Part shown: positions 1 through 13,000 of the stretch, piece after piece
How positions within the stretch are numbered: the first letter of the stretch is position 1
Layout of the letters: each line of letters opens with the position of its first letter
Assembly (NCBI RefSeq): GCF_001194135.2
Contig: NC_068982.1
Coordinates: 76,963,573 to 77,027,572, forward strand
DNA: 64,000 nucleotides
Source of the DNA: Octopus bimaculoides
Lineage: Eukaryota
Reading direction: 5' to 3'
Notes under the pieces: generated by a model
What the model was told of the DNA's origin: nothing
Databases searched by the model: none
Seen by the model: the letters and a program-made list of their open reading frames with translations, nothing else
Made by a program: the position numbers and the translations under genes

Positions 1-1
1 A

Positions 2-4
<3 letters not shown>

Positions 5-49
<45 letters not shown>

Positions 50-90
50 GTGTGTGTGTGTGTGTGTGCGTGTGTGTGTGCGTGTGTGTA
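5..90 (+). repeat. (TG)n microsatellite; many more (TG/CA)n, (TA)n and (AAT)n tracts throughout, for example 21630-21685, 25382-25410, 59667-59733
   Basis: Directly visible. These tracts explain the spurious CV, YI and HT repeat ORFs. Confidence 0.95.
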
Positions 91-470
91 TACATTCATA
101 CATATTTATATACACTTATGCATGTGCATGCATATGTGGGAATGTGTGTGCATGCATGCACATTTATTTACATTTCATAGATGGATGAAATATGTAAAAT
201 ATGTTATTTGTTACTTAGAAAAGGAAATAATATTTTGAAAACAATATATATATATATATATATAAAATGTGTACGAGTAGGAGTGACTCCTCGATTCTGC
301 ACCTCTCCCACTCCCGCATATTTTGATCTCACCTTTTCCCTTGACATATACTTCTTGACTTGTTTTTATATTTTTGTACTACTGGCTTCTCTATTCAGTT
401 ACTGTATATATTTGTGTTATATATATGTGTGTGTGTGTGTGAATATATTTGTGTTATATATGTATGTGTA

Positions 471-519
<49 letters not shown>

Positions 520-834
520 TAAGTTGTACGTAAATGACATTCTAATTTAACTTATATGACCTTTTTAAATGCAAATATCAATAGCTATACACACACATTC
601 ATATATAAATACACATATATCATCGTCTTCATTTAATGTCCGTTATCCATACTGGCNNNNNNNNNNNNNNNNNNNNNNNNNNNNNNNNNNNNNNNNNNNN
701 NNNNNNNNNNNNNNNNNNNNNNNNNNNNNNNNNNNNNNNNNNNNNNNNNNNNNNNNNNNNTATATATATATATATGAATGAATATATTTGTGTATGTAGT
801 ATACATGTGTGTGTGTATGTGCATGTAGTATATA

Positions 835-867
<33 letters not shown>

Positions 868-868
<1 letters not shown>

Positions 869-1738
869 CACAGGGTGTGGTGAATAAACTGTTGTCTAAA
901 TTACACAAAAAGGAAAATAACACTGATATCTCATTTTAACAGATATATTTACAAAAATTACATAAAAATATCTTGAAATACTAAAGAGTAAATTTATTCA
1001 ATAAAATCGCCATTGGTTTCAACCACAGTCTCCAGATGACTTCAGAATCTTCTGCAACTCTTCTGGACAGTCTCCTTCAAGTTTGTGACTACTGCCTTAA
1101 TCTTTGCCTTCAGTTCATCTTTGGTGTTACAAGGAGTTTTGTTTGTCTCTCACTCAACTGTGCTCCACACATAATAATGAAGGAGGTTGTAGTCTGGGGA
1201 GTTACGTGGGCAGATGTTAGGGGTGAAGTAGTCGCAGAAATTGTCTGACAACCATGACTGGGTTCTCCTGCTTGTGTGGAATGGTGCAGAGTCCTGTTGC
1301 CAGACATAGGGTCTTCCAGCAACCACCCTCTTGACCCAGGGCAGCACTACCTCCTCTAGGCACTTGATGTAGGCCTCTGTGTTGAGTGTGAAGCCGTGTG
1401 GGAAGATGAATGGAGGCATAACATTGCCATCACAAGTGATCACTCCAAACCATGATGTTGACTGGATGTTTGATTTTTATCACTCTCGGTACATGTCCTC
1501 AGATTGACACCCAAACACACTAAAATGTTCGTACTGGAGCTTCCAGCGCAAATGCCAAGCAGTACAGCATGTCGTTTCCAAATTTCTGGCAGCGTGAATT
1601 GCATTATGGTGCTGTTTTTCTCACAGATGGTACCCAACTGACCCTACTATACTGTGTAGTCGACAAAATCAAAAGCAAACTGTACATGTGCAAATTAAAA
1701 GATACAAGATGGTGACAATTTACCCATTGCACCCTATA
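868..1738 (-). mobile_element. Decayed Tc1/mariner superfamily DNA transposon, maT/DD37D type, internally deleted
   Basis: ORF 1150-1443 has VWQQDSAPFH...NSPDYNLLHYYVW, with 37 residues between the QQD Asp and the last catalytic position (here His). Degenerate TIRs (AGGGTG...TAAA.TGT) sit in TA context at both ends. Confidence 0.8.
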
Positions 1739-2290
1739 TATGTATATATATATTTGTGTGTGTGTGTGTATAGTAAGATGGAAATTCATAGATCCTTTAA
1801 TGCATTGCTACATACGTTTCTACAAACTCTGTGCTTCAGTTGTTGCATTCCCCATCCATAGGATATTGCAAATATGATTTGCAAAATCCATGGATTCTAT
1901 AGGCAGTGCTTGTTCTACTGTTTCCATGCCTTGATATTGGGCAATGGTTAATACATGTGTTTATTTCTTCAGGCAAAAGTTCCACTAGTATTCTGGCTGT
2001 ATTGAATATTTAATGAATGGATATTTACCAATTTACACCAAACAGAAGGATCTGTGGGGTCTGTGGGCAGTTCTTGTGCCTATTATGACATCATAGATAC
2101 ATTAAACAATATGGAAGGATGGGTGTATGTAGTGCGTTACTTTGTATTTAGAGCTGTGCAAATGGGTGTGTGTGGTTAGGAAGAGGAGAGGGTAGAGATC
2201 AATAACATAAGAGAAGAAGCAAAAAAGAATGGTTATGAATTTCTTTGTTTTGAATTCAGTGTGTGTGTGTGTGTGCATATAATATATATA

Positions 2291-2330
2291 CTAGCTGAAA
2301 AGCCACCCTGTTGGGCGGCTTTTAAGCTAG
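2291..2330 (-). mobile_element. Helitron-like 3' terminus (GC hairpin followed by CTAG|T)
   Basis: Minus strand reads aaaagccgccc-aaca-gggtggctttt-cag-CTAG|T; 5' end not located. Confidence 0.4.
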
Positions 2331-3626
2331 CTCCTGTGGAAGGCTCTTCATTGGGCCTTAGGCCCAACAATGATGCTTCATGCATTGAGCACATATTAAA
2401 TTTTATTAAACTTGACCAATATTTTTCAAGCAATGAACAATTTTCATCAAAACAATGATATAATTTGTCAACTTGGAACTTATTGCAAAGCTGCATGATA
2501 AACATTTTTTGTCTTCTCATTCAGCAGTCAGTACAATTTTTTTTTTTTCTGTCTGACCTCTTTCTTTCTCTCCCTCTCTTTCTGTTGATTGCTTTCAACC
2601 ATCACCAGTACCATCGCCACCACAACTGCCATATACACACCATTCAGACTTCTGATGCCACCACCATCAATACCTTTGATATATATATATATATAGAGGA
2701 GAGCTTCATGGAGGCAACAACTAGTGACTAAGGCCTTTGGTGATATGCCATGCTTAAGCAGACCCGTCATGTCAAGTGAAATCGTAGTCGTAGCCAATGC
2801 TGGTGTCATGTAACTGGTACATAAAAGCACCCATTACACTCTCAGAGTGATTGGCGTTAAGAAGAGCATCTGGCCATAGAAATCATGCCAGTATGGACAA
2901 CGGACATTAAATGAAGACGATGATATATGTGTATTTATATATGAATGTGTGTGTATAGCTATTGATATTTGCATTTAAAAAGGTCATATAAGTTAAATTA
3001 GAATGTCATTTACGTACAACTTAATATTTTAAATGCTTTCTTGTTCAAGGAGACAATTTTCTTATTTAAGCCTAAGTATAATAATTGTGGTTATCCTTAA
3101 CAAAGAATGTACTTTTAACTACATGAATAGTTCAAGTAACGCCTTGTCATTGCTTCTGTAAATATCTCTAAAGGATAATCTCCTTTTCAGTTATTTATTC
3201 TCTGAACAAGAATCTTTTATAAGTTATTTACTTCAATACTACTATTCTACCTGCCTTCAGTTAACAATATAAATTTTGAGCCAACAACTGAATTGTCTCC
3301 ATTGTTATATTGTTGGTTGCTCTGGTTTTCAATGGCTATCATTTAGGTATATAACTATTTTGGCTATTTAGGTCAGTAGGACACTACATTCACAACTAAG
3401 GCCAACAAGATCATTTGATCAAAGCCATCTTTCTATCTTTTGTTTAAAGGTCTTTTTTTTATCAGATGTGTAGATGGAAAATGATGGTTTTCTTTTCTTG
3501 TTAATTTCAATTTGGAAATAAAATTCTTTCAACTAGTTTGACACAAATATAACTAAAAGATAAATATTTTGTAGTTTTAATATTTGTATTTATTTATTTA
3601 TTTCATTTATTCCCCATTTCAGAATC

Positions 3627-4057
3627 ATGCTTCGCATATTTGGAAGTAGGCTGGTCCCTGGCACATACTACAGGGGCTCATTAGACTCCCTTTTGAGTTC
3701 TACAGCAGTAAAAACTTTAACAGCAAATCAGAAATGTCTCCATGTAGCCACAAACCTTGAATCTCAACCTGCAAAATGGAAGAAAATTTACTTATTAAGA
3801 AAACTTCAGAATAATGATCTTCTCCATATCCGATGTCTTTCCAAACTCCCTACTATAAAGATTGTCAACCCTCTTAAGAATTCTAGAGCTACTGAGTACC
3901 TTGCTACCAATGAATCTTCTGCAAAGTATGACAAAAAACTTGAATTTGACAACAAACTCCTATATTCAGCATTTCCAGTCAAGCAAAAGATTTCAAAATC
4001 AACAGTTGTGTATTTATTAACACTAGGGTCAATTTTAGCTGTTACTCTCATATATGC
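3627..4057 (+). CDS. MICU1: MICU1 coding exon 1 (presequence-like N-terminus plus hydrophobic segment)
   Basis: Acceptor tttcAG at 3621-3622, ATG at 3627, donor GC|GTAAGT at 4058. Phase 2 matches the next exon. Confidence 0.85.
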
Positions 4058-7000
4058 GTAAGTTTGAAATTTTTCATTTTAATTTGACTAATTCGCATTG
4101 GAAATGAAATAATCTTATGTAAAGATCATGTGAGTTTGTGCCTTATGGTGTGGTTTTTAAGTAAGGCAGTTACATTAATCAGCATTTTACAGTTGCTTTC
4201 TTTGCTAATATGGATTGGACAAGTAAGTTTTCACAGTCCAAGTTAATTCTTACTTGGAGTCAGTACTCCAAAAACACATTGATGGCCCAGAGATCACATC
4301 TCACTTGTACATTCCATTTTGACATGGTTCCTATGGCTAGATGCCCTTCCTGATATCAACCATTCTACATTGTGTAAAAGGTACATTTTATCATCGCACT
4401 GATAACATGTACTCCCTTTTTTTTTTTGGATTTGTTTTGTTTTTCAGTCTATAATATTAAATGGTGAGCAGTAGGCAAATCTATGTAGATACTAAACTAT
4501 TTAAACTTTCGTTAAGTTGTCTTTGTTATTGTTTTGTTTGTTTTTCCTGGTAGAAAAATAGAAACCTGGGCAGGAATTGTGAAAGAAATGCTTAAGATAT
4601 CTCTGTGTTAAAAAGAACAACAAAAAGGAAACTGGTTTAAAATCTTATGGTTTCTGCTTCCTGTTTTAGACTCTTCTTGTAAGAATACTTCACTAGAGTT
4701 GCTTCAGTATTCTAAAATACAAAATGGAACAAAAAATATATTATAGTATCTTTAATTCCTTTTTAGATAATTCCATATAGTTCTACCCCCACCACACACA
4801 CACATCTTAACCTGCCTGTTGTTACCAGCATTTATTCAAAATAATGTATTGTATCCCGCCTTTTGCCATCCATACTGTTTTTGTCCTCCAAGCACTCTCC
4901 TAAAATTTAGTTTCCACTTTTTGAAACTTCGCACAAAAACCATTCTTATTTATCTATACTGGTGGTAAGCTGCAAGTTTGTTGTCATTTCTCTATCAACA
5001 AATCATGTTTTCTCTGCATTTTTGAAATATGTGGAATAAAAATTAGATGTTCGCTTTCAGAAGGGCATCTGACTAAAAACATGTATTTGTCTTACTCATG
5101 CTAGCAGAGGAAAACACACACAAAACTAAACAAACACATAGATTTCCTCACCAAGAAGAGCTTTCTTCAAAATAAAATACAAAAAAAAACCTATGTAACC
5201 TTTCAGCCAAGGCAATGAATATTTTAAATAAATTTTTGTTCAATTTTATTTGCTTTTTGTATTCAAATCAAATATAATTTATGTGAGTTGTCTAACCTAC
5301 AGGGATGGAGATGACAAACATGTAGTTAAAGCTGAAGCCCCTCCTGAGGTAACTGATAAGAACAGTTCATCTGAGGAGAGTGATGGTGAAGAAGAAGATA
5401 AGAAGAAAAAAAAGAAGAAAGTTGGTTTCCGAGAAAGAAAGGTCAGTACTTGCTAAAAACTGCATCTCCATGTTTAATAGGCTTTACTTGAACCTAGAGG
5501 CTGGCTGGCTGGCTAGCATTATTACCAAAGGATATGACCTTTCAGGTTAACCCATTTGTTACTATATTTCTGTTGAAATACATACTACCTTTGTTTCAAT
5601 TAATTTTAGAAATAATGAAGAATTTAGTAAAGAAACCTTGTCATTTATTATTAAGCTGGTTTTCGGAACATAAATTAACATAAAAATTTGATGGAAGATT
5701 TTAATTTAGATTACTTTGTGCATGAAGTTTGTATCATATTTTGAGGTAGATTGGTAACAAAGAGTTTAAGGTCTCCCTTTTTTTTTTAATGGAAAGGATT
5801 ACTTCCTTTGTCGAGTGTACAAGTCAAATACAATCAATCAACTGTTGTTTCTTTATTTCATGTTTTTTCTCTTCATTTTCGGTTTATTGGAGATTTATCT
5901 GTCTCACAAGGTTTAGACAGTGTAGTGTAGCTATGTATCTCCTATAGCAAGACACTTGTGCTTGTCATTCTATTGTACTTTAGCTCCTAACACCAGGCAT
6001 AAAGCCACCTCTCCTGTTCTCTCAAATAAACCTACACTCACTCCCAGTTGAGACTTAGCCTTTTCTTGTTTTGCAAGTTACTTGACATGACAAAAAGTAC
6101 CCAGTGTACACTGTAAAGTGGTTGGCATTAAGAAAGGCATCCAGTTGTAGAGTCCTTACCAAAGCTGACATTGTAGTTTTCTGCAGTCCTAAGGCTCATC
6201 AGATCTTGTCTAACCCATGCCAGTATGGAAAATGGACATTAAATGTTGTTGATGATTATTCTCAGATGAAATAAATTCCGTTAGAAAGTATATGTTGATC
6301 TTAGCCAATAAAGATTCTGCAAAGTTAAGAACCTCAGAGTACCTTTTCAAGAATGTTAGACTAATGTTTGCAATAATTTACAATCAAGAGATTAAAAGTT
6401 CTAAGTGAGCTGAATCCTAATTTTATTCCAAACCTACCAAAAGTGACTTCTTCTCAGACACTGCATATATTTTATTATTCTTTCTTTCCAGATTGTCGAA
6501 TATGAAAACAGAATTCGAGCATATTCTACTCCAGACAAAATATTCCGTTATTTTGCCACCTTGAAAGTACTTAATTCCGAGACAAGTGAATATGAAATTT
6601 GTATGACACCTGCTGATTTTGTACGCTCCATAACTCCAGGAGTGAAACAACCTGATGGTAAGGTGGTTTTTTTTGTTGTTGTTATTATTAAGGTGACGAG
6701 CTGGCAGAAACGTTAGCAAGCTGGGCGAAATGCTTAGCAGTATTTCATCTGTCTTTACATTCTGAGTTCAAATTCTGCCTTTCAACCTTTTGGGATCGAT
6801 AAATTAAGTACCAGTTGTGTACTGGAGTCGATGTAATCGACACACCCTCCAAAAAAAATTGCAGGCCTTGTGCCTAGAGTAGAAAAGATTATTATTATTA
6901 TTATTATTATTATTAAGGTGGCAAGCTGGCTGAATCATTACTGCACTGGGCAAAATGCTTTGCAGCATTTCATCTATCTTTATGTTCTGAGTTCAGATTC

Positions 7001-10000
7001 CACCAACATCAACTTTGCCTTTCATCTTTTGAAGTGGATAAAATAAGTACCAGTTGAGCACTGGAATCAAGGTAATTGACTAGCCCCCTTCCCTGAAATT
7101 GTTGGCCTTGTGCCAAAATTTGAACCATTATTATTATTATTAACATTATGCGCTCTCTCTCTCTCTCTCTCTCATCAGATGATNNNNNNNNNNNNNNNNN
7201 NNNNNNNNNNNNNNNNNNNNNNNNNNNNNNNNNNNNNNNNNNNNNNNNNNNNNNNNNNNNNNNNNNNNNNNNNNNNNNNNNNNNNNNNNNNNNNNNNNNN
7301 NNNNNNNNNNNNNNNNNNNNNNNNNNNNNNNNNNNNNNNNNNNNNNNNNNNNNNNNNNNNNNNNNNNNNNNNNNNNNNNNNNNNNNNNNNNNNNNNNNNN
7401 NNNNNNNNNNNNNNNNNNNNNNNNNNNNNNNNNNNNNNNNNNNNNNNNNNNNNNNNNNNNNNNNNNNNNNNNNNNNNNNNNNNNNNNNNNNNNNNNNNNN
7501 NNNNNNNNNNNNNNNNNNNNNNNNNNNNNNNNNNNNNNNNNNNNNNNNNNNNNNNNNNNNNNNNNNNNNNNNNNNNNNNNNNNNNNNNNNNNNNNNNNNN
7601 NNNNNNNNNNNNNNNNNNNNNNNNNNNNNNNNNNNNNNNNNNNNNNNNNNNNNNNNNNNNNNNNNNNNNNNNNNNNNNNNNNNNNNNNNNNNNNNNNNNN
7701 NNNNNNNNNNNNNNNNNNNNNNNNNNNNNNNNNNNNNNNNNNNNNNNNNNNNNNNNNNNNNNNNNNNNNNNNNNNNNNNNNNNNNNNNNNNNNNNNNNNN
7801 NNNNNNNNNNNNNNNNNNNNNNNNNNNNNNNNNNNNNNNNNNNNNNNNNNNNNNNNNNNNNNNNNNNNNNNNNNNNNNNNNNNNNNNNNNNNNNNNNNNN
7901 NNNNNNNNNNNNNNNNNNNNNNNNNNNNNNNNNNNNNNNNNNNNNNNNNNNNNTATATATGCAGATATATGTGTATACATATAAGTACATGTATTTGTGT
8001 ATATAAACACACACACACACACACACACACACAGATATAATATTCATCTGTTGCTTGCAGTAGTTTTATTTACATTTACTTTTTTTCTTCCTTTTTTATT
8101 TACATTTACTTTTTTTCTTCCTAGTAGCTCATAATAACTTCATTTTTTTCCAGGTCTTGGTTTAGATCAGTTCCGTAAATTTGATCCAAAGGTAAGTTGC
8201 GTTTATGTTCTTTTATCAATTCGATTTTATTTATCTGGGTTGTCTTGAAATTTGTATCATGTCATCTTTTTGTTCCATTTTACTATGTTTTTGGGTTTTT
8301 TCTATTTTGTTTGTTTCTTAAGTAAGCATATCTTTCTTGAAAATACACACATATATACATGTAGTTATGTATTTGTATATATGTATATACATTAAATTGA
8401 TGTTATTATTTTAAAGTAAGTTTAAGAATAACAAGGGAGTATTTACTGGTGGCAGGGATTCCCTCTTGAGAGTAGCATCAAATTCTTTATGGAATTTGTG
8501 CTTGACTGAGACTTCGAGTTTCATGAAACAATTTATTCAATCCCTGACTAAACCATCAGGCAATACTTAAAGTCCTGTGTATAGACACAAACAAACATAC
8601 ACACACTCACACACACAAACAAATGCTAGCTTGTTTCCTAGTGCGAATAAGACTACCAAAAGCTTCATTATGAACAGGGATCAAAAAAATAACTGCACTG
8701 CATTGTCCATCATGCAGGTTAATAAAAGATGAGACCAGACCTTAAGTAGAGAGGTTCATTTGAAAAATATATTGCAGGACTCTATCCCAAGAATAGTGGG
8801 TGGAGAGAATGGATGATTGGATGTGTGTATGTATGTAAACACTAAGATACATATATGCTGCTGGAAAAAAAGCAGTGTATGTTATATATCTGTGTAATAT
8901 TTTTTATGTTGTAGATAAGTAATGCATTATTTTGAAGGGGTTTGTTTTTCTACATTAATAATATAATAATAATAATGAGCATATTGTATACTGTACTCGG
9001 TTACACAACTCATTGGAAAGGGGTAAAAGAGGAGAAGGAAACCAGTCAAGACAGCAATGTAAACCAAAACTACATGCATTGTACACATGTACTTGCTCAA
9101 AGCATAAAAGTGTAGCATACACTTGATCTATGTTATGTGTATTGCATAGGTTTTTATATTTTCATGTCATATATTTAATATTTCATCATTATTTAACATC
9201 CATGTTCCATACTGGCATGGGTTAAACTGTTTGACAAGATCCAACAGGTTCAAGGACCACTTCATGCTCCAATGTTTACTTTGGCATGGTTTCTATGACT
9301 GGATGCCCTTCTTGATGACAGCCACTTTATATATTGTACTGGGTGCTGGTTTGCATGTCACTAGCACTAGCAAGGTTGCCATGCAGCCGACAAAACTATA
9401 AACACCATTAGAGTTGGCTTTAGGCTAAGAGATGAAGTATTGGGGTGGTTAAAGAGTAAGAGAAGGGAGCAGATCAGGTTTCTTGCTGCTAAGGAGTCAC
9501 TTGGCTAAATGCATTTCAGAAGAGAGGGTGATCATTGTGGAATGGAAAAGAGATAAAATAGATAAGGATGAGGTACAAGGTGAGTAGAAATGAATTGGAG
9601 CAGTAGATCCAGGGGTGTGTGATTGTATGGCAGAGTGAGTGTTGGAGTCTGGGTGAGAAGGTGAATATAATGATGAATAAGTGTTAAGTGGATAAGTAGA
9701 GGTTGGGTAGAGCAGGTGTCTCTCTGGAATAAACTGAGGAAGCTGTTAATATATATTACATGGATAATAGTTTAGTTGTAACATTGATAATATCATCAAT
9801 CAAAATTTACACTATATCAACAATTTTATTGAGATAATTTTTTTTATTGACAGAAATATTGGTTTATATTGTGTAATATCTTATAAGTGTGTATATGTAT
9901 GTATTGAAGTTGTTTTTGTTGACATGATATTCATTTACCCAGGTAAATTAATGGATTTGTATCTTTTTGTTTTAATTATGTAAGGTTTTGTCATTCTTGT

Positions 10001-13000
10001 TGTTGTAAATTTACATTGTGCTTTTTGATTCCAGCTCAGTTAAAATAATCTTTATTTCATTCAATGTTAAATGTTATATCATTTTTAGTTATTGTTTGGT
10101 TAATTTTTTTGTTATTGTTGTTGTTTTCTCAACTTAAATCATATGAAAATAACTTTTGGTCAATTCTCATGCATTAACATCAACCTATCAAACCCACAGC
10201 TTTGAATGTGGTACTTTGTCATTAAGTAAAAACTTGGTATTTCTCGGTTATGTTTGTCTCTATAATACACATGTGAGCTTTATACTTCACACAGCACTAT
10301 ATTTATATGAAATTACTTATTTTATATTCCTGTCGCACTTATGCTTATATACTCTTCTGAGTTAAATATGAATTAATTTACACTATATACACACACCCAT
10401 TTGATATTCATTTGTAATATACTACCTGTGAAGTTTATTTGGTGAAAGAAGTTGTATAATTTACACATGTATTTCATTAAAAATTCATTAAAATTTTACT
10501 TTTATATTTTAAATTCTAGTGAGGATCTCTCTATTACAATCAGTATTGACCCATTATCAATAGTGAAAGCAAATTGTGTTTAACAGTAATTAACTGTTAA
10601 TTAACTGAAATATGGAAATAGTTTTAATGTATATTTATGAAATGGGTACCTTAGGATTAAATTTTAATTCTTTTTAAACAGTTTTTCTGTTCATTTTAAT
10701 AATCTACAAAATAATTTATTTACAAATTAAAAGTAAATCAATATATTATATAGTTATGTTGTTGTTTCTCTTATCAACTTTTTGTTGTTTAAGGTGTTTT
10801 GTAGAGATTAAAATCCTTGTGAGTGTAGCACTTTCGGGATCCTCTTGAAGAGAATATACTGTGGTTTTCCGTTGCCTAATCTTGTTCCACTGGAAGACTC
10901 AGATGAATTCCTTTCTTTCTCTCTCTCTCTCATATATCATGCCTACAGGTATTGTCAATCATGGACATTCATGCCCTTATGTCAGCAAAATTAGCACATT
11001 ATTGGGCTGGTCTTTCTAAAGCCAGATGCTAAGGCTGTCAAGTATCTCTCTGATTTTCCTGGCTTCTTCTTCCTTGTCAGTGTCTCAGTTGTTACTCAGT
11101 GCTTGATGCTTTTTCTTCTTTCTCATTTCATTTTCCATGAACTTATGTTGTTGAGAAACTTCTTACTTGTCTTTGCTCATCCAAGGCTCCTGATATTTGT
11201 CACTCTATGTAGAATAATTTCAGCATTCTTCTAAAGAACCACACCTCTAGTATTAATAAGCTTGAATTGTTATTAAGTTAAAAACAGAAGTCACTTGTTC
11301 ATTGTACACTATTTCAGCTGTTGGCAGTTTGGGTTATACTTATTCATAGTACCTATTTGCAGCCAAATAGACTGAACCAGCTAGAACAATGTACTTTACC
11401 ATTAATACACCACAATACTAATAAAGAAAAAAGCAATATATATAAACTAATTTTGGATTGATAATCAATACTTAATCAGTTAATGCAGGTCTACTTGTAT
11501 AAATTTTAAATGTCAGTAAAAGATTATAAAGATGTAGCAGTTACTTAGTCACTTACTAATTTCAGAATGTTTTGTTTTTATTTCACTCCTTATTAATACT
11601 GCAGAAAAAAAAGTAATTATTTTGCTTAATTTTATAATCATTAATTTTAAAAAATATTTAGCACTGTGTCATCTTGTGAGCAACTTGTATCTATATTTTC
11701 CATGTAAACTGAAAATATATATTTTATAATCCTAAAACAGCCCTTAGAATTGTTTTAAGAAAATTTTTGAAAATCAAAAACATTTTATATGAAATATAAT
11801 ATCAAATCTTGTTTTTGATTAGATTAAAAAGTTTTGTAAAATTATAATTTGTTTGATTTCTGAATCTACTTAAATTTGTCAATCCTTTACATACCTACAT
11901 TATCCTTAACCAATACAGACTGTGGTATTGGACTGCATTTAAACTTATTTAATAATCTGCAGACTTCTTTAGATATTTAACAGTAAAGCATACATTTTAC
12001 CTGCAGTTCATACTCTAACTATATATATAATCTGAACAATGTGAAGTCAGTCCCAGTTGGATTTACTGTAATAATGGGCTGGAGTTTAATGACCTGTCAT
12101 TAATTGAGATATTAATTACTGTGGATTTATTCTTTGATGCTTAGACATCAATTCTCTATGTGGATAGTACTTTAAATATATACACAGTGTTATTCCTATG
12201 GTATGTGGTTTTATGGGAACATATATCTTACTAAGTTATTTCTCAATATACTTTTTTTTTCTAAATGTTGGTATTTGAACATTTAAATTTCTTTGCCCAG
12301 TTAGTTGATTTACTTGTTTCTGCATCATCACACACTACACACACTGTTGTAAACACTTTTATGAAACTACCTTTTGCTTTGTGGAACTCATTCATCATGA
12401 AACAAGGAAAGGACAACACTTTGAAGTAATTGACAATTTTAGTTCAGTATATTTTTCTCAGTTTATGCTGTCTTGTTTTATTGTCATTTGTTTACAAATG
12501 GTAAGTTTAGTTAGTTTGCTGGTTGCACAATTGTAGCAACTCTGCTTTGTTAGAAAATTCAGACTATTTCATGACATGCACCAGATATTCACATTCAAAT
12601 CTGACAGAACATATTGAGAATGAACAGATAGGTTATTATCAATATAGTTCACTTGTTCTGTATATTAGTCTAGTACTGTTTGTTTAACAATTCTGTCACT
12701 ATGACTGTATATTTATATATGTATGGCTATTATAGAATGTATGTGTTCTAGATTCAAATAAATATGTAGTGTTGTAGTTTTTTTCTTTCAACCACTTTAT
12801 ATTCTCTAATTGCAGTTGGAATGAAGCTTTTTTTTATATATATAAGTTTCAGTTATCCTTAATTCTCATGCGTTCTTTGTTTCTTTTTTTATACATAATA
12901 TGAACATTTTCCTTCTCTTTACATATAATATGAAACTGTTTTGCGTTTTGTTTTTTTCTTTTCTTAACCTTTTCCTTCCAAAAATAAATAGCAAAATTTT

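Noticed and set aside
516-656. ~140 bp inverted duplicate of 2888-3027, with one mismatch
   Set aside because: It includes unique flank plus a SINE tail and ends exactly at an N gap. Most likely a mis-oriented allelic or assembly duplicate; long reads would settle it.
6-923. ORFs of CV, YI and HT repeats
   Set aside because: Translations of (TG)n and (TA)n microsatellites and N gaps.
3806-4051. Antisense ORFs overlapping MICU1 exons (also 42091-42333) and alternative-frame ORFs over hnRNP exons
   Set aside because: Shadow ORFs of real coding exons with no independent support.
7009-8047. Long 280-340 aa ORFs
   Set aside because: Almost entirely N-gap (X) residues.
8066-8124. ~30-nt tandem duplication of the pyrimidine tract creating an extra TAG before exon 4
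   Set aside because: Simple slippage duplication; the upstream AG would read through an in-frame stop, so it is at most a cryptic site.
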